From positions 7,235,855 through 7,299,854 of the forward strand of contig NW_002060946.1 in assembly GCF_000150275.1 (NCBI RefSeq): a stretch of 64,000 bases of DNA, in the 5' to 3' direction. The notes below the pieces were generated by a model. That model saw nothing but the letters and a program-made list of their open reading frames with translations. It made no database searches and was not told the origin of the DNA. Within the stretch, counting starts at the first letter, position 1, and each line of letters begins with the position of its first letter. The DNA comes from Trichoplax adhaerens (Eukaryota > Animalia > Placozoa). Both the position numbers and the translations under genes were made by a program. Positions 54,301-64,000 of the stretch are shown here, piece by piece.

Positions 54301-56075
54301 GAACGGTTTCACTGTACGCTTTGAAAAACTTTGTCCCATATGGTGAATTGAAACATTCCTATGTTAAGATTGAAAATTTTAATCTCGATTTATAAATATA
54401 ACCAAAATTAAGAGGATGTTTTTAAAGTTAAATAAAGTTGAACTATGATGATGGCTTGATGAATAGATAGGCATTCATTAATTAAATAAATATAATATTG
54501 AAGATAAATAGCTATACCGCAAAAACACATTTTAATCATATTATTTATCTTATTAAGATAATTTACAGATTTAGTGTAACAATGTCGCCGCTATCCATGT
54601 CGAAGGTGACAGACACAATTGACTTTTTGCTTTTTATACGTATCAAAGGCGTAATGCAAATCTAATCTATCTGTTGTAACGCCCATATTTCAACGCTTCC
54701 ATGGCCGCATATGACACGATCGTAGGTGGCGATATTCAATTACGATAATTAATTGTAATTACAATGGTACCGGATTATTTGGATACTCATGCAGCTAGCA
54801 CAGTAGAGTATAGCGGTGGATGATGATAGGAGATTGATTACTTCACAAATGATTTAACATGACTGTCAAAGTGCGTGTCTTCCTTATTGAAGTACTGAAT
54901 CGATTTGATTATCCTAATATTGTAGGCTGATAATCAAGTCTTGATTTATTATTTTATTTTGAATTATTGATGGATTGAGGCAAGACTATCCAGCCCAATA
55001 TCAGTTGATAATCAAGTCGCTAAATTTAAGATTATCACGATTTTATTAATATTAATAACAACTTTAGAAGAAACAGTTGATTTTGAATTACTGGGTCTAA
55101 ACAAAGGGAAAAATTGGCATAACTCAGGTTTTTCCAGGGGGTTCATCCCGAAAGTGGTCCATCATCGTATTGCACATATTCTACTGTACTTATTGAAAAT
55201 AAGATAAAATCATGTTTTCCATTGGCTGTGTGAATATTGTAACGAGTAGAGGCTTCAACATGATCACGACAAAGTTCATCTAGACGCTATTAGGCAATTT
55301 AAAAGTATGAACTGAGCTCAGTTTAAATGGCTATCGTGGCCTTTGGACGAGAATAGAGATGATACTCCTATAGGACGTACTATGCTGTGATGCGGTAATA
55401 CAATCTTCTCAACGGTTGTCGTTGGTGTCGTCGTGTGGTGACGGCAGTCAATGCCGAACAAAAAAAGATCACAGGTCAATCATCTGTCTACCCTTATTTA
55501 AATTTAAATAACCAGTGATTAAAAATGTTTTCAAACAAATAGTGTAGGATATCCTATTTCTTTATAATGAACATACCGGCAAAGAAATCAATTTAGCGCC
55601 TTGTTGTGCAGCTTCACGAACAAATTTATGAATACGATGTAGGTTATCATTCTTGTTCGTTGACACCATTAACTGGATCAATCCAACTCGGAACACTAAC
55701 AAGCAATATGACGACAGATTAATGATTGAATTTTATTTTTTCAAGTCGGGCAATAAATAATAATAAACATTATTAATATTGATGGAATCCATTTGCCAAC
55801 TTTTGAACGATACTACTGTCATTCTTAAGACCAGACTTTATAGTCATTACAATCATGAACATTACGGTAGCTCCTTAGAGTTCACTGAATTAAATGGACG
55901 AATGAGAAAATTTTTCATAGGTGTGTGTATGAAATTTTTTTTTTTCTCATTGGAAATGAGTAGTGCAGCCAGCACTCTTGTCAATTACCCTATTTACGCT
56001 GTAATGGAGGTTAATGCAAGCAATGAAATTTAAAAAGAAATCTCAAAGAATTTGAATTCTCTTACCTCGGGCCAT
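51346..56075 (-). CDS. NIT2: Omega-amidase NIT2 (nitrilase family)
   Basis: [14 protein letters not shown]...[22 protein letters not shown]...GSIPE...[21 protein letters not shown]...[14 protein letters not shown]...[26 protein letters not shown]...[17 protein letters not shown]. The Glu-Lys-Cys triad is intact. Confidence 0.96.
53271..53633. repeat. Recent ~187-bp tandem duplication in a NIT2 intron
   Basis: ATTATAATGCATCAGGTATTAAGG...GATGTCTACGAAT occurs at 53271 and again at 53458 with only a few differences. Confidence 0.93.
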
Positions 56076-56364
56076 CTGTCTTAGTCAAGTAATGTTCAAG
56101 CTTTTCTTAGACGTCAGTGATGAAAATAGGAATAGTCTACGATCGATTGGACGACACTAATTGAAGGAGTTGAGACGGTTGAAGCGATGGTGTGATCGTT
56201 GTTCGTCACGTACGTGGCAAATGACGGTTCATACTACGTACTGTACTGTACTGGAGAGCAACAAGTTGAGACCGGTAAGTTGGTTTAGGTTTAAAAGATC
56301 ATTTAGGTGAAAATCAACTTCAGTGGCGTAGTGAGCGGCACAGTACCGTCTAGTACCACCAGGC

Positions 56365-56373
56365 CACTTCCGG
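56365..56373 (-). promoter_or_regulatory. ETS/GABP-type site CCGGAAGTG in the NIT2/CHK1 divergent region
   Basis: CACTTCCGG on the + strand is a full 9-bp consensus match, in a GC-richer patch ~290 bp upstream of the NIT2 ATG. Confidence 0.4.
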
Positions 56374-56619
56374 CTGGCTGGCCAACAGTAAAAGTAAACA
56401 GGATAACCGCGTAGTGACAGGCACGACCAAAATGCAGTACTGTACTGTACTATTACTATGGGTTTTTGAAAGTCAACTTTGTGGCTAAACTATAGAGGTA
56501 AAATCAACCTTTATATGGGCTAAACCGAGAGGTCGAAAAAATCTCCATGGTTTACACCACGTCTAAAGCAAATACAGCTGGATGATTGAAGAAGTTTCAT
56601 ACTGAGTCATACAGGACAG

Positions 56620-56957
56620 TAGAGTACTGTACAGTGTACAGTACAGTCCAGTCCTGTCCTACAGTTCACAGTACCTTGCACTGTACACTGTGTACAGTAC
56701 AGTACAGTGTACGTACAGTACAGTACTGTGGTTTTCGGGATTCTACTGTATTGGCGGGAAAATTGCCGATTGCATCCCTACTTTCAGTACGTTGCACTGT
56801 ACACTGTACAGTACGTTGCACTGTACTGTACAGTATGTACTGTACTGTACACTGTACTGTATACAGTACCTTGCACTGTACACTGTGTACGGTGACTGTA
56901 GTTTTCAGGATTGTACTGCATTGGCGGGAAAATTGCTGATTGCATCCCTACTTTCAA
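56620..56957. repeat. ACTGTAC/TACAGT-rich repeat with a duplicated ~170-bp module
   Basis: ACAGTACCTTGCACTGTACACTGTGTAC...GGATT..ACTG.ATTGGCGGGAAAATTGC.GATTGCATCCCTACTTTCA occurs twice. Confidence 0.92.
56751..56932. promoter_or_regulatory. Two perfect E2F consensus sites (TTGGCGGGAAAA) upstream of CHK1
   Basis: Sites at 56751-56762 and 56921-56932. The reverse complement TTTTCCCGCCAA fits the E2F consensus TTTSSCGC. Confidence 0.6.
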
Positions 56958-57378
56958 GACAGTATAATGGTAGTGAAGCTACTCAAACACTGCTTTATAA
57001 TCCATAGTTTATCCAGTGTTGATGGAAACTCCAAATTCTCATGACGTCGTCAACACCACAATAGACTTGCCCCCATACTCAAGCGTAGTTAAGGAACAAT
57101 CGCTTAAGCCACACCACCACCAATGTTGTGCCATCGCCGGTATTGACATCGCATTTCAATTAGCTGCTGCAACATTGCGTGAAGATATTTTGCATCCAAG
57201 TCAGCAAACTATTGGTGAAATTAAGTGGCAAGGATTGGCTAAACTAAGTTGATTGATCGAGATATTGGACGTCAGGTGGAGGTACTGCTTTGCCAAGTAA
57301 TTGCAATCTGCTGTGTAGGCAAGTGTGCCATCGTAGAGTTGGAAAGTTGGACGAAGCGAATTTAAAAGTTGCAAATTA

Positions 57379-60300
57379 ATGGCAGCTACATTTGTGGAAG
57401 GTTGGGACTTTGTGCAAACATTAGGAGAAGGTGCCTATGGAGAGTAAGTGCAATACTCTATACTGATAGTAATAGACATCTTGTCGGCTGGTGTAGCATC
57501 CTATACATGCATGGCTAGCTTAGATCGTCTAGTCATCATCCATCGCGATAGGCGATCGTTACAATGGACAAGCAAATCAGAATATTGTATCATAAAAGGT
57601 ATTCATTAATTATCATCTACTGTCATGATCGATAGGGTTCGATTGCTGATCAATAAAGATTCTGGTGAAGCTGTAGCAGTCAAAATCATCAACCCCAATC
57701 GAAATTTATCTTCAGCACAGCTTGTACGGAAAGAGGTTTGTCACCGGTCTTATTTTTGAAATAAAATGATGCAAGTGTGGATAATCATGTAGTAAGGAAG
57801 AACTTCCATTTTACTTTTACTTGCTTTGCTTTTCTTTTCTGAATTGGCTACTAGCGATTAGAGTATCGGCACAAGACCGTACATTTCTAAATATCCATTT
57901 GAAATTCTTATCACACTCTTTTATTTTGCTAAAGTTACTAGCAAATTCTTATTCTACTCCTATAATATGTAAGGACATAAAGTAGTTTCGCTTGATACAG
58001 GGCCTAACTATGCTACATTAGTCTTGTTAATTAACTGTCGAGTAGGTACTTTTTTATGATCACATCGAGAGAGTAAAAGTGTACATGATATGTCTGTGCC
58101 ATAGACACTTTCAATGCCATTGAAACAATCAATGGTGCCTGCCTGTCTGATCATGTCGCAATAAGTGTCTCTACAGGTTGGTCACGCGTACAGTAGCGCA
58201 GTAACAAATAAAAAACTTGATTAAAATTGAAAGTATCCAAAGAGACCTTACCCAGCCTTTAGAGAAAAGCACATTATACTGTGCGTGCTACTGTATCGAG
58301 TCTCTCGTGCCTCCCAAAATGACTGTTGTGATGATGACCTTGCAAATACTTGAAGAAAAAGCCTTATTATTCAAAGGTTCAATACCGCAATAATGCAGTA
58401 GTAGTCATTAACGTTTACTTTATTAACTTTTTAGGTTTGTATTCATCGAATGATGAATCATACCAATATTATAAAATTCTATGGATGTCGAGCTGATGCT
58501 GGTATTCAGTACTTGTTCTTAGAGTATGCAGAAGGTGGTGAATTATACGATCGTATTGGTAGGTTCCTGCCGACTATTTAGCGCCCATCATTTCATGCAA
58601 CATACGGTCGTATTCATTGCAATGATATTTAGGATTAAAGTGTAATTAAATATAGTCGTATTCAATCTATTGCAGAACCTGACATTGGTATTCCCGAATG
58701 TCAAGCCCATCATTATTTTACGCAACTTATTGTTGGCGTGGTTAGTATAACTTGATTGATAAGCTTATCGATCGTTAATTATACGCATATATAATAATTT
58801 ATCAACATCGGTAGATCACTTTAACTTATGTATCCGTCCGTATACGTTAAGATAGTACAAAGTTTACTTGTTAATGTATCCTTGATTTGCTTATGCAGGA
58901 ATACCTACACCAGATGGGTGTTGCTCATAGGGATTTGAAACCGGAAAATATCTTGCTAGATAGTCGCGGTAATCAAAATTATCCGATAGAAATTGCAATT
59001 GTAGCGCAGCCAATAAAGATGCCATATTTTACCTTCGTAATAACAGACTTATTGAATATTTTGATCATGAATAGATAATTTAAAAATCTCCGATTTTGGT
59101 TTGGCTACATTATTTCGAAATCGTGGGCAGGAGAGAAAATTATTTAAACGATGTGGTACGGTGCCTTATATAGCACCTGAGGTTAGAAATTGTAGCCTTT
59201 TACATTATCTTACGCCTAACTGTAGCTGCTTTACTGTTGTACTCGAAAATTGGAATTATAATTTTGCCAAATCCAACCTCACAGCTTTACCAAGTATTTT
59301 AAAATCGCGTAATTACGGTAGATATTTTTAGGCAATGAATATGAAGCTCAGCCTGCAGATTTATGGTCGTGTGGTATTATTTTAGTTGCATTATTGGCTG
59401 GAGGTAGGACATTAGTAAATGATTGCGATGCCTTGTTAAAGTTTCTTGCAAGTTGCAATAATAGAAACTAAAATTAATATAGAATTACCATGGGATGAGC
59501 CGAGAGACCATTGCTTAGATTATGGATTATGGAAAAAAGGAAGTTATTCTCAAGCTCCTTGGAAGAAAATTATGAATATACCACTAGGTTCTATACTTAA
59601 AGCTGTGATACAATGAAATTACAAATTTACCATCCGAGTTTATAAACAGTCATAAATGAGTGTTTATCGAAGATAATTTTGTAATGATTCTGCATTAAAT
59701 AATAATATGAAATGATAAGTTCACATAACTTTTGATATCTTGCTAATTTAGAGCTTTTAAAGAAAATACTACAGGAGAATGTAAGCAAAAGATATACTAT
59801 AGGACAAATAAAGAAAGATCCATGGTTTAGGAGGTAGTATATTCGGATATTACAGCAATTATTATATTATCTAATGCTATTAAAATAGCTTTAATAAGTA
59901 CTTAATTCATTCTATTATAATCCTCTGAATTCATAAAGGACGGCAATGAGCAATTATTCTAATAGCATAAAATCGCCGTTGCATTCTGGTCATCGTGTTA
60001 AGAGAATGCGTACTAGTGACGATATCGTTGGCGCAAGTTCGAGGTAAAAATTTAGTGGATTTTTGTATCTACCTGTGAATCACTTGTTCTTTGTCTTACG
60101 GTTGCATTGCATTTTGAACATTATAGTCCACATTTAACATCTTTATCTCAACCTGATCCTCAAAATACGGACTGGAATACCAGTTTTTCTGAAGAATCTA
60201 AAACGCCATCTTGTGCTGCAGTTCAGCATTTGATGAATGGTCTGAGTTTGTCACAGCCTGCGCAGTTTGATCAAATGTTACTTAACGATTTATCGCAAAC

Positions 60301-60916
60301 TCCGGCTGGATCCCAGGTTACATTTACATTACCTGCATTATAATATCGAGCTATTGTTAAGCAAAATGCTTGTGCTGTATTTGATTTCCTTAGAATCCAT
60401 TACAACGTCTGTGTAAAAGATTAACGCGAATCACAACTAATTGTGATATGGAGTGCACAATTAGCAACTTAATAGAAAATATTAATTTGCTGAATTATCA
60501 AGTGAAACGAATTGATACTTTACAAGTGAGTGATAATGGCTATTACATTCTTTGCAGATATTTAAATATTACGTATAAACTAAAGTTAGGATTCTATTTT
60601 AGTTAGCAGTCTCTACAACGGATCGCCGTGGCAATCGGTTAAAATTTAAAATTATCGTTATGACATATTCCTTTGAAAAGACAGTTATTGATTTTCGCTT
60701 AGCAAAGGTTAGTATGAATAATACGGCACGGGATTTGTTTGTACCTTATAAACAATTGGAAAGTTTATATTTGGAGTGACCTACGTAATATTAAGTTAGC
60801 GATTATTTTCTTACTTGGATTAGGGTGATGGACTCGAATTTAAGCGCTGTTTTAGAAGAATTCGTGATAAACTTGGTGACATAGTAATAAAAAATACATG
60901 TCCAGAAAAACGTTAA
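57379..60916 (+). CDS. CHEK1: Serine/threonine checkpoint kinase Chk1
   Basis: [22 protein letters not shown]...EAVAVKII...[20 protein letters not shown]...[12 protein letters not shown]...[12 protein letters not shown]...[10 protein letters not shown]...ELPWDEP. It has the SQ cluster (LSQP, SLSQP) and the C-terminal KA1 region [13 protein letters not shown]...[16 protein letters not shown]. Confidence 0.97.
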
Positions 60917-61817
60917 TCGACGCTTATATTAGTCATGATTTAAGAACATGCAACAGCCTTAGGATTAAAAAGAGCTCATGTGTACATCATACACTACATT
61001 TCGATTAACCTGCTAATACAAATTTGACATTTAAACTTCGGTTGAAGGACATAGGATTCTATTCAAGATTTGCCAACAAGTGCCATATTATTTTGTAAAT
61101 TTTTGCCTCGTATCATTGCCATCAATGTTAAAAGAAATTTGCAGTTACGAGATTATTTTGGTTAAATCTAGGATAACTATTTCTGTCTTACAAGCAATAG
61201 AAATTAACTGCTATTAATACATTACATACTACTACCGTACTATGGATAGCTAAAATACCATAAAACCGACTTAATTTCCTATGTGGACACCGTTTTAAAG
61301 AAATTAATACTGATGATACAATATTCTAATTGCTTTTAATTAAATTTTATGAATATATTCCATATAATATCGACTGCAAATAAGGAATTCAAATTTTATT
61401 TACTGCAATTCGAAATTTAATCTACCTATGTTGTTAGTTGATAAGATAAAACTTTGGCGACAGTATGAGACGTAGCTATAACTTTATGAATGGTCTAGCT
61501 CTGATTAAAACTATAAAATAAAATAGAGGAATCCTATAACTTTCATAAACTAATTGATATTTTAGTATTTATAATAGCCTACAAATCTATAGAGATAAAA
61601 GGTTCACTTAACTATAGATAAAGTAAATGATCTTAGAATTACTTTCAACAGCAACACGTATCTTTCTGAGCAGGCTTACAGTATACTAAGTTTAGGTACG
61701 TATGATATCGTACCAGATTTAATTTTACACACGCATTTAAAATTAGATAAAATTATCTATAACGTTGCCATCTTACAGATTCGGATATGTAGTTACACAA
61801 TTTAAATTTACATAGGC

Positions 61818-63106
61818 TTAGTTGTTTCGATTATTTTGGTTATCTTCGAAAAACATGAAGTCCTGAAAAAATGGATTAAGCCTTAGTTAAATCAAAACTT
61901 CTCCTTTATGTTGGTATCGTTATTCCACGTTACAAACTATAACTGTGTGTCTATACATATGTACAAACATATAGTGTGTAGGTTATATTCTAAGAGATAG
62001 ATGAAAGTACCACGTAACTGCAATTTATGGACGCTTGATCTGATTGCAATTACTCATTCAAAATATATACGCATATGTTACTTACTATGAGGAAGACGGC
62101 GCCCAAGAGTGTTGCTTTGATCTTCACATCTAAGTCCATTGGGACTAAAGTACATAAATAGATTTAGTATTACTTTCATAATTCCATTGTCATGATTAGC
62201 TATATAACTTTAACCACTACAAATTACATGTTATTCCGAAATTATCGGCATCTGTGTATGCTTCTTTTAAAAAGCCAGACCACTGTTTCGTTATCTTGCC
62301 AACGGGTGTTTCACCTTCAAGAGGTAAAACCTAGTTCGAGGTAAACAAATGCATTACGTATGCAGACTATTACATATAATACTTCAATTATATCAATGTA
62401 TTAGTAATCAAGTTAAGGGGTCAGACTTTGATGATGAATATGTACCATTTTCAATAGTTTACTTTAAAAACATTACCTCAAAGTTAACATCGCCAAAGCA
62501 TGAACAAGGGCAAAATGGTCCTTTAATTCTTAGGACTGGGTTTCTGTTGGCGTCCAAAATTTTAAACTCAGGAAAGATAACAGACCACCTTACCAAATAA
62601 TTAATTGACAATAATCCAAAAGCGTTAGCAACATAGCGTATTAGTAAATGGAATGATGAATTTAATTGTATCTTATAAGAACTCAATTAAGTTGAATAAT
62701 ATTGAGCTTACTGTTGCTCGATATAACCAATGGGTGTGCCAGGTGGTGATTGCACCTCCAATTCCTGTAAGCAGCAGGGACAACAGCAGCAAGAGCAGCG
62801 AAGAGGACGTACCAAATGGATGATTTCTCGGTTATTATTATCGCAAATGCTCATCTCAAATGAACGCAATGGTCCGCAGCATTGTAAAGTTAAACAATCG
62901 TTTTCTGCACATATTCATTAAAGTAGGGAAGAAAATTTTGAAATGAAAGCACCGATACCCAGAAAATAAATGCAACGTGAAATGAGAAATCGTCTTGGTC
63001 CTATTCTATCGATCAAGGTATTACTTACGCTCAGCAGCAAAATAGACTTGTTGACCCATGCTGTTCTTAACCATGTATCTGTTGTGCGTTTCCCAGTTTG
63101 TAAATA
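61818..63106 (-). CDS. PLSCR: Phospholipid scramblase family protein; 5' exons not found in the window
   Basis: [25 protein letters not shown]...[10 protein letters not shown]...[29 protein letters not shown]...[10 protein letters not shown]...[50 protein letters not shown]. The cysteine cluster and DADNFGIxFPxDLD motif are present. Confidence 0.95.
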
Positions 63107-64000
63107 CTATATACAGTGAATAAGAGAAAAGAACTTATTATTCCTTTATCCTTATTCTTCGACTAAATTTGTGTATATGTTACGAATATATACACAGTAT
63201 TCATAAAAATCCATTTCGTTTATATAGGCATAAAATAATATTTACTCAGACGATCGAGTAATCTCATTTGCTATCTGTACATGAATTTCCTGGCTATTTT
63301 GGGGACTGCGAGATGACACGACGTATAAATCCTCTTATAAATGCGTACCATATACTGTAATATTTAAGAGCGTAAATACTGTGAAAGCAAAATCAGTTCA
63401 ATCAATTTTTTAGGGCAATATTTTACAGGACCGTTTCTAATAATCCATTAAAAGTAAACCGGCCAACAGGCACGAGTTCTCTATATAATCTAGGCCAATC
63501 TGGATACATTATAAAAATGCAATCAGAAATACAGCAGTAGTTCATCGTAACCAAATTCAGTAAGGAAGTACTACTACATACAATGTAAGTTTAGTAATCA
63601 GCAAACTTTTTCGAGTTAATTATCTAACGTGGGTAAGATATAAGATTTTTTCAGCGTGCAATCAATATTCTTAGGTGAGCATAACTGACTCTTGGCAGAT
63701 TTAGTAACTGCAAATTAGAGTATAACGGACACTGGATTAATTATTATGGCGCTTTAATTAATCTGTGATTACTACGAGCTTGAGTGAAATGCGTATTAGA
63801 TTATTACCGCAATAGGGAATTTTACGAATAAGGACATGGCGCCCAGATGCAGTGGTGAAAATGCGGAGGGATATAAAAAAGGATTAATTGCATTCATGGG
63901 TGGAACAGTCTTTCTAACAAACACCGACGATGTGAGATAGTTTCTACTCTCGAATGTAATGTATGACATATATATGTTAAAGAACGGTACAAGGATTTCA

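Noticed and set aside
55385-55475. Segment with short terminal inverted repeats (CTGTGAT...ATCACAG) in a NIT2 intron, possible snoRNA or MITE
   Set aside because: No proper C/D or H/ACA boxes on the host strand, and the repeat is only 7 bp.
56586-57252. ORFs of 62-117 aa upstream of CHK1
   Set aside because: Repeat-derived or probable promoter/5' UTR sequence with no domain similarity.
58874-58898. GTATCCTT resembling a U12 intron signal in CHK1
   Set aside because: It lies near the acceptor of an intron whose donor is an ordinary GTTAGT, and the exons join correctly as a U2 intron.

Overview
AT-rich, gene-dense animal genomic DNA with short spliceosomal introns and one N gap (20396-20774). 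Compactness, composition and gene sequences suggest a placozoan such as Trichoplax, which is an inference. I spliced exons by hand from GT/GC-AG boundaries and recalled human orthologs. Twelve genes were found: PTPMT1 (-, 3' partial), CCDC153/DRC12 (+), POLR2H (-), CCDC191 (+), an adhesion-class 7TM GPCR (-), ZNF511 (-), calsequestrin (+), HMBS (-), WRN (+), NIT2 (-), CHK1 (+) and a phospholipid scramblase (-, 5' partial). Ten of them form five head-to-head pairs, and four of the five shared upstream regions carry tandem repeats. The main observations are: (1) a calsequestrin that is net basic, has no acidic tail and ends in KQEL; (2) duplicated perfect E2F sites in a repeat upstream of CHK1; (3) an adhesion-type GPCR with no visible GAIN/GPS, lying below decayed signal-peptide/SEA-like exons; (4) an exonuclease-less WRN with duplicated acidic mini-exons and a candidate 7-nt microexon; (5) three predicted GC-AG introns. 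No RNA genes, CRISPR arrays or intact transposons were recognised. Most ORF-track entries are exon fragments or repeat noise.
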